Under the pieces are notes generated by a model. It was given only the letters and a program-made list of their open reading frames with translations, searched no databases and had not been told where the DNA came from. The position numbers and the translations under genes were made by a program. Of a stretch of DNA of 64,000 nucleotides, positions 10,884 through 22,800 are shown piece by piece. This DNA is from Escherichia phage KKP 3715: the sequence record OR067834.1. One strand, given 5' to 3'. Position 1 is the first letter of the stretch, and every line of letters begins with the position of its first letter.

Positions 10884-11726
10884 ATGATTATGTCTTGTTC
10901 TGCTGAGGTAGAAGCTAACCGACTCCTAGAAGAGTTAACTAAGGGGGATGACTTTACCCTCCCTGACATTGATATGTCTGGTCCTGAATGGGATATCCCT
11001 GGTGGTGATGAATCCCCAATCTTTGGTGCCATTAGCAAAGTAACTAACGAATCGCTTACTACACGTGAAGTAGGTGGTAGTGGTACGTTTGATGCATTAA
11101 TGGAATCTGCACACAATCACCTTAGAGCTGAGTATAAAGCTAACCGTATTACCGGTGGTGAATACACCAAAGCCTATATTGCCATGATGGAATCATGCAT
11201 GAGTAATGCTGTTCAGTTCTTACTTGGTCGTGACCAAGCATACTGGGCTGCTGCTATGGCACAGATTCAGGCAGTTACTGCACGAGTGCAACTGGCAACG
11301 TCTAAGGCACAGTTTGTACTGGCTAAGATTCAGGCACTGTCTGCTAAGAGTGAATATGCTCTTACTAAGATGAAGATTGCTACTGAGTCTGAAACATACT
11401 GTGCTGCATTGTTTAATGTGAATAAAATTCTTCCTGCACAAGAACGTTTGATACAGGAACAATATGAAGTACAACGTGCACAGACCCAAGAAACTCGTTC
11501 TGATGCATTACCTATTCTTGGTTCTATTGGTAAACAGAAAGAGTTGTATTCCCAACAGATTACTTCTTATCAGCGAGATGCAGAAGTTAAAGCGGCTAAG
11601 CTGTTTACTGATGCATGGATTACACAGAAGACTATTGATGAAGGCTTGAACCCACCTAATGGTTTCACTAACGCAAGTATTGATACCATTCTGACCAAGC
11701 TGAAGTCTAACAACGGGCTGAACTAA
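10884..11726 (+). CDS. virion structural protein (hypothetical)
   Basis: 280 aa; AAGAGGAA RBS; in the block of virion genes upstream of the giant polymerase gene. Confidence 0.45.
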   Translation: MIMSCSAEVEANRLLEELTKGDDFTLPDIDMSGPEWDIPGGDESPIFGAISKVTNESLTTREVGGSGTFDALMESAHNHLRAEYKANRITGGEYTKAYIAMMESCMSNAVQFLLGRDQAYWAAAMAQIQAVTARVQLATSKAQFVLAKIQALSAKSEYALTKMKIATESETYCAALFNVNKILPAQERLIQEQYEVQRAQTQETRSDALPILGSIGKQKELYSQQITSYQRDAEVKAAKLFTDAWITQKTIDEGLNPPNGFTNASIDTILTKLKSNNGLN

Positions 11727-11727
11727 T

Positions 11728-14370
11728 ATGGGCTTATTCAGTGGGAAGACCAAAGTATACGTAGCATCCTCTGTCTATAACATGGCAGGGGATATACATA
11801 AGCGCCCAAACTATATGAAGACTGTAGTCATCGGTAAGATTGTTGCTGATACAGGATTCACTATGGCAGACACTATCTCTGATAGTTATCTGAATGGACC
11901 GGGTATTCGTATGCGACTGTTCTCCAGCTGGAGTAAGAACCACTATGATTCAGAAGTTGGTATGGCAGGAGCTTCATTAGGTGTGCTGGCTAAGATTGAC
12001 CCTACTATTATAGAGGGTCAAATTACCCCACCTGCTGGGGAGACTGTCTATGTTCAGGCAGCAGAGATTGGCTTTGCTGACTTTGAGCAATGGTGTGACC
12101 AGTATCTTTATGAGAATGCCCCAAGTCGAATAATGGAGCGATTCGACGTAGACATTGATGAAGATACTAATGAAATTACTATGACCTCCCTTGATGGTGG
12201 TTCTACCATTACATTCACACCTACTAACTTTGAACCAGGTGCTTTGTATCTCTATGCTGATTACACTTTCTATAAGTCCCCAGCTACCAATCCACCGGTA
12301 GTAGGGCCGACTACTGTCTATGATAATGAAGGCGACTTACCATCTACCCTGCTATGGACTACCATCTCAAGTGATACGACAGCTAATACAACCAATCTTA
12401 CTAAGACTATACAGACTCATTCTGTTTACTCTGATGGTAGACCGGATGAAGACAGTACTGTTACTGAACCAAGTGTGGATAACTGGAATTCTTACGTTAA
12501 GGTTTACCGTAGAGGATTTACTGAGAAACCTGATGATGTAACTGTGGTTGTATCTGACAGGGTAATGACTCATACAAAGTTTGGTGAGGTTCAATCTAGC
12601 ACTACTGTAACTACCAATGTTGTTGATTTAGGTGGTGGTGTTACTCGCACAGATACAATCACTACAACTACAGAGACACTGGTTCGTAAGTACTCATCCC
12701 AGACTACCCGTACTGATACTGAGATGACTGCTGTTGGTACACCTAAGATGCTTATCTATAAGCAGAACTCAGGCAACGTTGCACTTGATTCACTGTTTGA
12801 GACTGAAGCTACCGATAACCGATTCTACCCATTCATTCCAATCAGGAATGATAAGCAATGGGTAGAGAATGACCCAATCTACCCCCACTGTAAGAAGGCA
12901 CTCTATAAAGCTACCGGTGGTAAACTCAATAAAGTAGTGACTGAGCTTAAGAAGAATGACGACATAGATGATATCCAATACATCTATGGCACATTCGGTG
13001 TATCTCTTAATACTCCAGAGGATACTGCTAAGGAATACATCTACCGTTTCTTTCAGATGGCTACTGAAGCATTCCCACCTGACCCAACCTACCCTACACT
13101 GGAAGCAGTGATTGCAGGTTATCAGGCAGCAAATGATGCAGTTGATGCATACGTAGAATGGTGGAACAGGCAGGAAGGTCAGGTAGTTGGAACACCTCCT
13201 CCACTACCGGAATACCCTGTCATACCTAAGCGAGAGTTTAGGGTACATAGTAATAAGCAGTACAAGTATGACATGACTATTGGTTGGAACTATGTGTCTG
13301 AAACTACTCATTCTGGTGAAGCATGGTCTGGTGCTAAACAAGGACAACTTCGAGCCAGATATGCAGGGGATATAACTCTTACACGTAAGAACATACGTAC
13401 AGGTGCTAACAAAAAGCTGGAAGTTACCACTACGTTTTATTCTATGCAGGAGTATGAATTGCTTTGGCAGGATGGTAATGACACCTACCGTAAACTTAGG
13501 GTACTGGGTCTGAACCACAACAACAGGGTATATAAAAATAAGTCAGTGAGCATTGATGTTGCCGAAGCAATGGGTGATGCAGAAGAGAGTGGATTCATTA
13601 TTCCACTACACACTAACATCTACCGTTCAATGTCACTGACTCGTAGTACTCAACTGTCTACTGCTTGTTCCTACTTAGTGATGAACTCATATAAGAAGGT
13701 TAAGCAGAAGTGGTATACGACATCTGCCTTTAAGATTGTGGTTGTTGTAGTTGCTGTGGTTGTATCCGTATTCACTATGGGTGCTGGTGGTGCAGGTATT
13801 CTTGGGGCATACGGTGCAGTTGGTGCATCACTTGGTTTTGTTGGATTAGCTGCTGTAATAGTAGGTGCTGTAGCAAACGCTATTGCTGCAATGATTCTGG
13901 TATCTATTATCACTAAAGTATCCACTTCTCTGTTTGGTGATAAGCTAGGCTTTATCATTGCTGCTGTTGCTTCAATGGTAGCTATGAACGTTGGCACTGC
14001 TATGTCTACCGGTACATCCTTATCTACCTTAGCCAGTGAAATGATGAATGCCCAAAACATCATGCAGCTTACCAGTTCAGTAGGTAACGGTATTAGCCAG
14101 TATATTAATGCATCCACGGCTGCTACTATTCAGAAAGCAGAGAATGTAATGCAGCAGTACAATACTGATATGATGGCAATCAATAAGCAGTATGAAGAAA
14201 TGTTTGGTACTGCTGGACAGGGTGTAATTGACCCTATGCAATTTGTGTCAATTGAGTCGATGGATTCTTTCCTCTCACGTACTCTTATGACTGGTTCGGA
14301 TATAGCTGACATGTCTTTAAATATGATTGGAAGCTACTCTGATATGACTCTTAATACAGACCTTGTTTAA
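11728..14370 (+). CDS. large virion protein with C-terminal glycine-rich hydrophobic segments (possible ejection / membrane-insertion protein)
   Basis: 880 aa; the C-terminal ~130 aa contains VVVVVAVVVSVFTMGAGGAGILGAYGAVGASLGFVGLAAVIVGAVANAIAAMILVSI and further hydrophobic stretches. Confidence 0.45.
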   Translation: MGLFSGKTKVYVASSVYNMAGDIHKRPNYMKTVVIGKIVADTGFTMADTISDSYLNGPGIRMRLFSSWSKNHYDSEVGMAGASLGVLAKIDPTIIEGQITPPAGETVYVQAAEIGFADFEQWCDQYLYENAPSRIMERFDVDIDEDTNEITMTSLDGGSTITFTPTNFEPGALYLYADYTFYKSPATNPPVVGPTTVYDNEGDLPSTLLWTTISSDTTANTTNLTKTIQTHSVYSDGRPDEDSTVTEPSVDNWNSYVKVYRRGFTEKPDDVTVVVSDRVMTHTKFGEVQSSTTVTTNVVDLGGGVTRTDTITTTTETLVRKYSSQTTRTDTEMTAVGTPKMLIYKQNSGNVALDSLFETEATDNRFYPFIPIRNDKQWVENDPIYPHCKKALYKATGGKLNKVVTELKKNDDIDDIQYIYGTFGVSLNTPEDTAKEYIYRFFQMATEAFPPDPTYPTLEAVIAGYQAANDAVDAYVEWWNRQEGQVVGTPPPLPEYPVIPKREFRVHSNKQYKYDMTIGWNYVSETTHSGEAWSGAKQGQLRARYAGDITLTRKNIRTGANKKLEVTTTFYSMQEYELLWQDGNDTYRKLRVLGLNHNNRVYKNKSVSIDVAEAMGDAEESGFIIPLHTNIYRSMSLTRSTQLSTACSYLVMNSYKKVKQKWYTTSAFKIVVVVVAVVVSVFTMGAGGAGILGAYGAVGASLGFVGLAAVIVGAVANAIAAMILVSIITKVSTSLFGDKLGFIIAAVASMVAMNVGTAMSTGTSLSTLASEMMNAQNIMQLTSSVGNGISQYINASTAATIQKAENVMQQYNTDMMAINKQYEEMFGTAGQGVIDPMQFVSIESMDSFLSRTLMTGSDIADMSLNMIGSYSDMTLNTDLV

Positions 14371-14383
14371 CAGGAGAATCCCC

Positions 14384-14827
14384 ATGGATTTGTCATTCTT
14401 AACAGGCAACCAAACCCCACAGCCAGCTGCTATGTCTTGGATGTCTAATAACAATCAGAACTTTAATACCCCAGCTATGAACTATAACCCTGGTGCAGCT
14501 ATTGGTATGAATGCAGGTACAGGGTTAACTACACCTACATCTTTCTTATCTGGTTCAGCTAATCAGTTAGGTATGAACGTACCTACCTTCCAACTAGGAC
14601 TTGGTGCACTTGGTTCCTTAGCAGGTATCTATAGTGGTTTCCAGGCTAACAAACTAGCCAAAGACCAGTTGAACTTTACTAAGAGTGTTACTAACACTAA
14701 CCTGAATAACCAGATTAAGTCTTATAACACTGCACTGGAAGACCGTGCTCGTAGCCGTGCTACAGCAGAGAACCGTGATCAGTCTTCGGCTGATGCTTAC
14801 ATTGCAGCTAATAAACTAACTCGTTAA
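14384..14827 (+). CDS. small virion protein (hypothetical)
   Basis: ATG at 14384 with caggaga RBS (the track start at 14363 is a TTG overlapping the upstream stop); Asn/Gly/Thr-rich. Confidence 0.4.
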   Translation: MDLSFLTGNQTPQPAAMSWMSNNNQNFNTPAMNYNPGAAIGMNAGTGLTTPTSFLSGSANQLGMNVPTFQLGLGALGSLAGIYSGFQANKLAKDQLNFTKSVTNTNLNNQIKSYNTALEDRARSRATAENRDQSSADAYIAANKLTR

Positions 14828-14839
14828 TAGGAAACCATC

Positions 14840-16804
14840 ATGGCTCAAATTACATGGCGTAATGTTGATGCACCTAACTTCTCTGGAGTTGGTGACAGCA
14901 TTCGCACATTTGGCAGCATGATTGGTAACGCCACCTCCGGCTTAAGTGATGCACTGGGTAATTTCCAGAACGCTGCCAAGCAGGAGGCTGGCAATGCCGT
15001 CATGATGAATGCTATGCAGTACCAAGACCCGAATGAATACCGAAATGCTTTGGCATCCGGTGCATTGTTTCAGGGGGTTGACCCTTCACTGGTAAACCAA
15101 CGTACCCTTCAAAACCTGGATGAGCGAGCAGGAACACTACTGACTCAGCAGGGGCAGCAGGGAACCAATGACTACAATGCATATCGCTTTGGTCGTTTAC
15201 AGGATACTAACTCTGCATTAGATAATGCTTCCCCGGCTATTCGTTTACTATCTGAGGCTTATCAGTCCGGTGACCAGAACCGTATTAATGCTGCATTAAG
15301 TCAGACCCGTGATGCACTGTCTGCACTCCCTGCTGACCAGCAATTGGACATGCTTGGTCGTCTTCAAGGTCAGGGTGGTCAGGCTATTAATCAGGCACAG
15401 AACCGTTTTGACTTGGGTGTGGCTCAACGTAATGATGCCGATAGTCAGGCAGCTATGGGTGTAATGTCACAGATTACCCGTGGTGCTGAGAACCCCAATG
15501 ATGCCCGTCTGTTGGCTGAAGCATATAGTAAGAACCTGTCCCCGGTTGCACAGGCACGTTTGCAGGGATTACTGGCTAATGCTTACCCGGGTGTGTACGG
15601 TAACAATGTTGGTGCTACGTCTGCTCCGGGTACTGCTGGTACTCGTCAGGGTTCCCCTTACGATGTTACTTACCAGTTTGCTGGTACATCTACTCCTATT
15701 ACTCAAATGAGTATTGGTGATGTAATTAAACACCAGGATGGTATGAAGACGAACCAGGGTGCTTCACCTGTTGGTGCATTCCAGATTAACCAAGCTACTC
15801 TGAAAGACTTCGCTCCCAAAGTTCTTGGTTCAGATTGGCAAAGCCAGCCACTTTCTCCCGAGAACCAGGATAAGATTGGTAAGGCTATCTTTGAGGCCCG
15901 TAAGAATGGCAACCTTAAAGATACCTGGGCTGCTCTGCCTAACTCTACCCCAGGTGCTTATAAGGATATGACTTGGGAACAGATTAAACCTGTTATTGCC
16001 CAAGCTGAGGTGGGGGCTGACCCACTTGCTATGGTTCAGAATAATCAAGGTAATCAGGCAGTATCTACTCTGGCTCAGGGTATGATTGGTACTCGTTCTA
16101 TGCAGGATAACACCGGTAGTCTTAACACCGACTTCCTTGGTACTGTCACTGATAATACCCCAGTAGGTGAGATTGCTAACCGTCTGTTGGAAGGTGATTT
16201 TAAAGGTGCTGACCGTAACTGGGTACTGAACCGACTGAATGATATTTCTCAACGAGGGAATATGTCACCAGCTATGGCTGCTGCTGTTATGCAACGTGCA
16301 CAGACGGGTGTACCGGAAGGTTACATTAGCCGTGCTATTGATGCAGTTAACCCATTCATTACCAATGAAGCCGGTAATGGTATGCGTCTTAATGACCGTC
16401 AGGTAGAACAGTTAATCGAGGGTGTGAAACGGGGAGAGCCACTGGAAGGTAGTGTACGTAACCTTGGTCGTGCTCAGGCTATGCAGAACATTCAGGCAGC
16501 ACAGACTGCATATGATGCTGCTGTAGCTGCACTGACAAATACCCAGAATAAGATTAACACCGGACAAACTGGTCTTACTGCACTGTTACCTGCACGACAG
16601 GAGGCTGTTACTAAAGCTGCTGCAATGCTCCAAGCTGCACAGGCACAAGTACAGGCTGACCCAGCTAACCTGGCTCCAAGAGGTTTCCAGTCACAGTCTA
16701 GTGTGGACAGGGCACGAGCTAAGGAAGATGAAGAACGTGCTGCACGATACTTACGTCAGGCACAAGGACTGCCTGAGTATATGCAACCCAGACAAAATCG
16801 GTAA
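14840..16804 (+). CDS. virion protein with lytic-transglycosylase-like (SLT-like) segment
   Basis: 654 aa; internal segment VIKHQDGMKTNQGASPVGAFQINQATL resembles the SLT family pattern around the catalytic Glu-Ser and the GLMQ motif; rest is Gln/Ala/Asn-rich. Confidence 0.45.
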   Translation: MAQITWRNVDAPNFSGVGDSIRTFGSMIGNATSGLSDALGNFQNAAKQEAGNAVMMNAMQYQDPNEYRNALASGALFQGVDPSLVNQRTLQNLDERAGTLLTQQGQQGTNDYNAYRFGRLQDTNSALDNASPAIRLLSEAYQSGDQNRINAALSQTRDALSALPADQQLDMLGRLQGQGGQAINQAQNRFDLGVAQRNDADSQAAMGVMSQITRGAENPNDARLLAEAYSKNLSPVAQARLQGLLANAYPGVYGNNVGATSAPGTAGTRQGSPYDVTYQFAGTSTPITQMSIGDVIKHQDGMKTNQGASPVGAFQINQATLKDFAPKVLGSDWQSQPLSPENQDKIGKAIFEARKNGNLKDTWAALPNSTPGAYKDMTWEQIKPVIAQAEVGADPLAMVQNNQGNQAVSTLAQGMIGTRSMQDNTGSLNTDFLGTVTDNTPVGEIANRLLEGDFKGADRNWVLNRLNDISQRGNMSPAMAAAVMQRAQTGVPEGYISRAIDAVNPFITNEAGNGMRLNDRQVEQLIEGVKRGEPLEGSVRNLGRAQAMQNIQAAQTAYDAAVAALTNTQNKINTGQTGLTALLPARQEAVTKAAAMLQAAQAQVQADPANLAPRGFQSQSSVDRARAKEDEERAARYLRQAQGLPEYMQPRQNR

Positions 16805-16814
16805 TACTAATAAA

Positions 16815-16837
16815 AGCCCTACGGGGCTTTTTTCTTT
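16815..16837 (+). terminator. Rho-independent terminator
   Basis: agccc-tacg-gggct hairpin followed by tttttcttt. Confidence 0.6.
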
Positions 16838-16898
16838 AACTGGCTTACTGTAGAGTAAGTTACCTATATACGATATAAGTTTGAACAGGAAACATGCT

Positions 16899-19800
16899 AT
16901 GTCAACATTTGACCGTCTGGCAGGTTTCGCAGACAGCATCACTAATGCTAAGCAAGTCGATGTCTCTACTGCAACCTCTCAGAAGCAAGCTGCACAAGGG
17001 CAAAGCCCTTTCCAATTAACCCCAGAGAATGCTTACAATCTCCAGACTGGACGAGTAGGTAATCTTGGAATCGGTGCATTCGAACCAGATTCACTTCAGG
17101 CAGATTTCACTCAAGCCTCCCCATTAGAAATCATTAATAAATACGGTAATGAGCAAGGTTTACAGATTCTTAATAGCCGAGCTAATGCTGCTGATGTTGT
17201 ACGTCAGGACTTATCTAAACAGCGTACTAACGCAGAAGCATTTGGCGATACTCTTTCTGGTGTTGGTCTTGGTGTTGCTAATACCCTTGGGGGCATTGCT
17301 GCTCTTGGCACAGGTCTGGTCAATGATAATGCCGGGGCAACCATTGCTTCCGGGATGGATTGGTTGAATGAAGGCGTACACAATCTCCAGTCTGATGCAC
17401 TGAATGCTACCCGTAAAGTTGTTCAGAATCAGAACCAGATTTCTGCTCAAAAGAACCAGAAACTCTATGAAGAAGACATCAAAAATGGGGAGAGCGATTT
17501 GGTTGCCTCCTTGTCTCGCATTGGTCGTGACGCTTTCGATTCTGTTGCTAATACACTTGATAATGGTATGGCTGCTTCCGACGGACTGAGTGAAGGGGTT
17601 GGTTCCCTCTTTACTGGTGGTCCACTTATTCGTGGTGTATCTGCACTTGGTAAAGTAATGGTAGGTGGTGATAAAGCTGTTAAGGGTATTACCTTAGCTG
17701 CTGGGTTAGGTTCACGCCCTGCACAGGTTGCATTGTCTGCTGGTCGTGTTGCTGCACCTGCTATTGCAATCGGTGGTATGGAAGCTGGTGGTGCATACCA
17801 ACAGACTGCTTCTGAAATCATGAAGATGTCCCATCAAGAATTGGCAAGCAAGTCTCCTGTTTACCAACAACATATTGCTGATGGATTATCCCCTGATGAA
17901 GCACGTCGTCAGACTGCATCTGAAACAGGTATCATTGCTGCTGGCTTAACTGCTCCAGTTGCTGCTGCTACCGGCCCATTGGTATCTCGCTTTGAACTTA
18001 ATCCACTTAAGGTAGGTTCACTTGCAGGTGCTGGTTCTAATATGCTGCGTGAGACTGTAGAGGAAGGTATTCAGTCAGGCTTTGGTCAATATGCCCAGAA
18101 CCGTGCAATCAAGGAAAATGTTGATGCATCCCGTGACGTTCTCAAAGGAGTCGGTGAGCAAGCAGGTCTGGGTGCACTTTATGGCTTCGGTAGTGCTGGT
18201 GTTGCTCAAGCTCCTGGTGCAACTGTTAAAGCTGCCGGTGCTGCTGCTGGACCTGCTCTTCGTACTACTCTGGCTGGTGCTTCTCTGGTTGGTAAAACAT
18301 TAGCAAAAGCTGCATCTCCTCTTACTAATATCCTGGTTCAACGTGGTGAAGAAGTTGCTAAGCGTAATGAACAAGCATCCCCTGTAGCTGATGCTACGGT
18401 TAATGCTGCTGCACAGGAAGCTGCTGCTCAGGCAGAGCAAGCACAGGCAACTGTACAGGAAGCAGTAGATGCAATGGATATCTCTCCAGAAGAGAAAGCT
18501 GCTGCTACCCAATATGCTGCTGACTTAACTCAGGCAATGAAGTTTGATCCAGTAGAATTGGAACAAGCTAATCCAACAATCCGTGAAGCTGTTTCTGGTT
18601 CCACTAACCGTGTAGAAGCTATTCAGAAGATGGCTGACCTGGTTAATACTGCCGAAGACCCTAACGTTCAAATGGAAGCAGCAATCCAGATGTATGACAA
18701 TATCATGTCCATGGATAGCTTCATTAACCGTGACCCGGGTGCTCTGGCTAATCTGGAACAGGGTTCCCCTGCTGCTGCAATTGTAGACCAGTTCTCTGGC
18801 CTGATGGCTAACGTACAGAATACCCCTAAAGTACTTCGTGCATTCCGTGCTATTCATTCCATGATTCAGGAACAGGCTGAAGCAGGTAAGCTGAAAGCTA
18901 CTGAAGAAGCTAACCAAGCCCAGGCAAATAACATTGCTATGGCTGCTGATGTATCTCCAGAAGTGCTGGATGCAGATTCAGTGAACATGGTTCTGAAACA
19001 TGCAAGTGAAGGTAAGATTACATTAGGGAATCGTCAACGTGCTGCCCTGCAATCTGCTGCTGCCTTGTTACAGGGTGCACGTGAGTTCGACGCTAAAGCA
19101 GAAGAACTAGGCTTACGTCCTCAAGACATTGTTAGTAAACAGATTAAAACCGATGAGTCTCGTTCTAATGAAGGACAGTACTCTGCGTTGCAACATGCGA
19201 AACGCATTCGTTCTGCGTATAACTCTGGTAACTTCGATTTGGCCTCCGCTTATCTGAGCGACTTTATGAAGTTCGCCCAGCACATGCAGAATAAGGTCGG
19301 AGCGTTGAATGAGCATTTGATTTCGGGGAATGCGGATAAGAATAAGTCTGTTCATTATCAGGCTCTCTCGCCTTCCCGTGAATGGGTACGTAGTCGTACT
19401 GGCCTCGGTGTCAATCCTTACGATACCAAGTCTGTTAAGTTTGCCCAGCAAGTAGGACTGGAGGCCAAAACCGTAGCTGATATTGCTAATGCACTTGCTA
19501 CGGCTTACCCGGAGCTTAATGTTTCTCATGTGAAAGTTACCTCGTTGGATTCACGTCTGAACAAGCCAGCTGCCCAGGTAGTTAAAGAGTTCCGTCAAGG
19601 TGGTCTTGATGCCACTCAGTCTCAACAGACTAATGAACCAGTGAATCAGGTTGATGAATCTCCTGCACCAGTGCAAGAGGACACTACTACTGTACAGCCT
19701 AAAGCTAAACCAGTGGTAGAAAATAAGACTGCTCCTACTAAGGAGACTAGTCCAAAAACAGAAGAAGTCTCTACTACTAAGTCTGAAACAGTAGAAGCTA

Positions 19801-22800
19801 CCCCCACTAATGAGGATACCATCCAGGAAGTAGCCAAAACCAAAACAGAAATGGAAACAGTGTTCCCTGTCTATAACAATGAAAAGACACCGAACCAGTT
19901 CCTGAAAGCATTTACCTTACCAGAGGAACCTAAGTCTCGTACCGTTGGTTCTGAATCTCCTTTGGCTGATATTAAGCAAGCACTGTCTTCTGTTGCTCGC
20001 TTTGAGGCATTTACTCAAAAAGAAAATAACGTTCTCACAGGTGATGTGATTAAGCGTTATCAGGACTTAATGGACTTTGGGGAAACTCTGAAGACTACTT
20101 TGTCTGAACGATTGGCTAAGTTCCTTGCTAATAAGAACGTTGGTAAACGTTTTGCAGAAGGTACTGAAGCTAACCGTTGGGTAGGTGGCAAACTACTTAA
20201 TATCGTTGAACGAGATGGTGACACCTTTAAGTTTAATGACCAGTTGTTAGAGACTGCTGTACTTGCTGGTCTGCAATGGCGACTGACTGCTACACAGAAT
20301 GCTGCCATTAAAGACATGAAAGATGTGGCTGCTATTACTGGTGTAGAAGCATCTTTGTTACCAGAAGGTATTCTGGCTGAGTTTGAGAATGCCCAGACTC
20401 TGGTAGAAGCTACTAACTCACTGGCTCAGAAGATTGAATCCTACTGGGGTTTAAACCGTAATCCTAATGCACCACTTGGGTATACAAAAGGCATCCCAAT
20501 GGCAATGGCTACAGAGATTCTGTCTTCCCTCATTGAGATGGGTGAAGTTAAAGAATCTATGCTGGATGTGTCCGAGATTGACCCAGACTCCAATAAGACT
20601 GTCGGTCTGTATACTATTGAGAAGCTGGATGACAACGATGCCATTAACAAATTCCCTACTGCTATTGAGGAAGCTGTCCTCTTAGAACCAGAAGAGAAAA
20701 TGTATTTTGATGATGATATTCCTTCTGTGGCTCAAACTCAGTTGCGTAACCCTGCTGTTAAGAATACCCCAGAACAGAAAGCTGCACTTAAAGCTGAACA
20801 GGCTACTGAGTTCCGTGTACATATGCCGATGGTTAACTTCTATGAAGCATTAGGCCGTGACAACATTCTGGAACTGATGGGTGCTGGTACTCTTAATCCT
20901 GATTTGCTGAATAAAAACACTGCCAAATCTTTGGAAGGTAAAAACCTGTCCGTATCCATGGCATATGATTCTCTGTTCGGTGTAATTAATCAGATACGAG
21001 AACAAGAGAATGGTCTGGATACTCCTATTCACTACGGTTACAACATGACTCGTGTAGGTCGTATGCAGATGCTTGGTAAGAACAACCCACAATCCAGTAA
21101 ACTGGTTCGTGAAGCAATTCTGCCGACCTTCTCTACTATCGACTTGAGTAATGAAAACAGCCAAGCATTCTCTGACTTCCAGCTAGGACTGGCTCAGGCA
21201 TTAGGCATCAAGGTACATAAAATGTCACGTGAAGCTATGTCTGAAAATCTGACCAAAGCTCTGGAAGGCAATCTGAAGCCTGCTGTTGATATGATGGTTG
21301 AGTTTGATAAGGCTGGTTACTTACCTACTGATGCAGTAGATATTCTGAAGACTTCTCTGGGTGATAACAAATCCTTCGTGGCTCTCATGGCTCTGATGGA
21401 ATATGCCCGTTACCTGAACAGTGATGACCGTGCTAATTTTACTACTCCCTTGTACGTTGAAGCTGATGGTGTAACCAACGGCCCAATCAACGCAATGGTA
21501 TTAATGACTGGTGGTAAGTTCACGCCCGACTGGATTAAGAACACTGCCAAAGGTGGTTTGTTCTTTGGTCGTGCTGGTAAAACGATGAACGAACACTGTT
21601 CTATCGACGATAATGTTGACTTGTATGAAGCATCTACCAATGGTCTGCAACAAGCACTGAATGAGTTACGTACTACTTACCGTAACAACGTTCCGGTTAT
21701 GAGCCAGATGAATCATCTCCAGAAGTTAATGGACTTGTTCATTAAAGACTTTAATCTGAACGAAGACGGTACTCTGGACCTGAAACGTGGTATCGCTAAA
21801 AACCCACTGACCATTACCATCTATGGTTCTGGTGCACGTGGTATTGCTGGCAAGATGGTTAGTGCAATTACTGACACCATCTACGAACGCTTCAGTGACG
21901 TTCTGCAAGCACGGGCTGCTGACCCTAGCATTTCCCCAGCTATGGCAATGTTTGGTAAGGAGGCTGCGTCTGAGGCTGATGCTCAGGCTATGCTGGATAC
22001 TTTCCTTACTTCTATGGAAGCACTGACTGGCAATGTTCCAGTTATGCGTAAAGGTGAATTGTCTATTCAGCAAGTAGATGGTGCTCTGACTGGTAAGTTA
22101 GACCCTCAGAAGTTTACCGTATCCGGTAATGCTCTGAAGAACTTACAAGAGAACATGCTCCACCTGTTCGTTGAACCAATGCGTACCGGTATCCGGAATA
22201 CTGTTGGTGAAGGTCTGATGCACTCTACTGAGAATTTGCAGAAGGCTACCCAGATTCAATCTCTGGTATTGCAGGATATGTTCCAGCAAGCAGTACAGGC
22301 TAAGCTGGCAGAAAAAGAAAAAGACCCAACCTGGAAGAAGGGTGATTTCTTAACGCAGAAAGAACTGAATGAAATCCAGGAATCATTATCTCCACTGGCT
22401 CCAATGATTGAGACTGGCTCACAGACTTTCTACATTGCTGGCAGTGAGAATACTGATGTTGCTAACCAAGTACTGGCTACTAACTTAGATGATCGTATGC
22501 GTGTGCCAATGAGCATCTATGCTCCTTCACAGGCAGGTGTTGCAGGTATTCCATTTATGACCATCGGTACTGGTGATGGCATGATGATGCAGACCCTTTC
22601 TACTATGAAGGGTGCTCCGAAGAATACCCTGAAAATCTTTGATGGTATGAACATTGGTATCAGTGACATTACTGATGCAAGTCGTAAAGCTAACGAGGCT
22701 GTATACACTTCCTGGCAGGGGAACCCTATCAAGAATGTTTATGACTCCTACGCTAAGTTCATGAAGAATGTAGACTTCAGCAAACTGTCTGATGAAACCA

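Noticed and set aside
13671-14117. 148-codon - strand ORF inside the 880-aa virion protein gene
   Set aside because: Antisense to the Gly/Ala-rich coding segment, which generates a long open complementary frame; no independent start signals.
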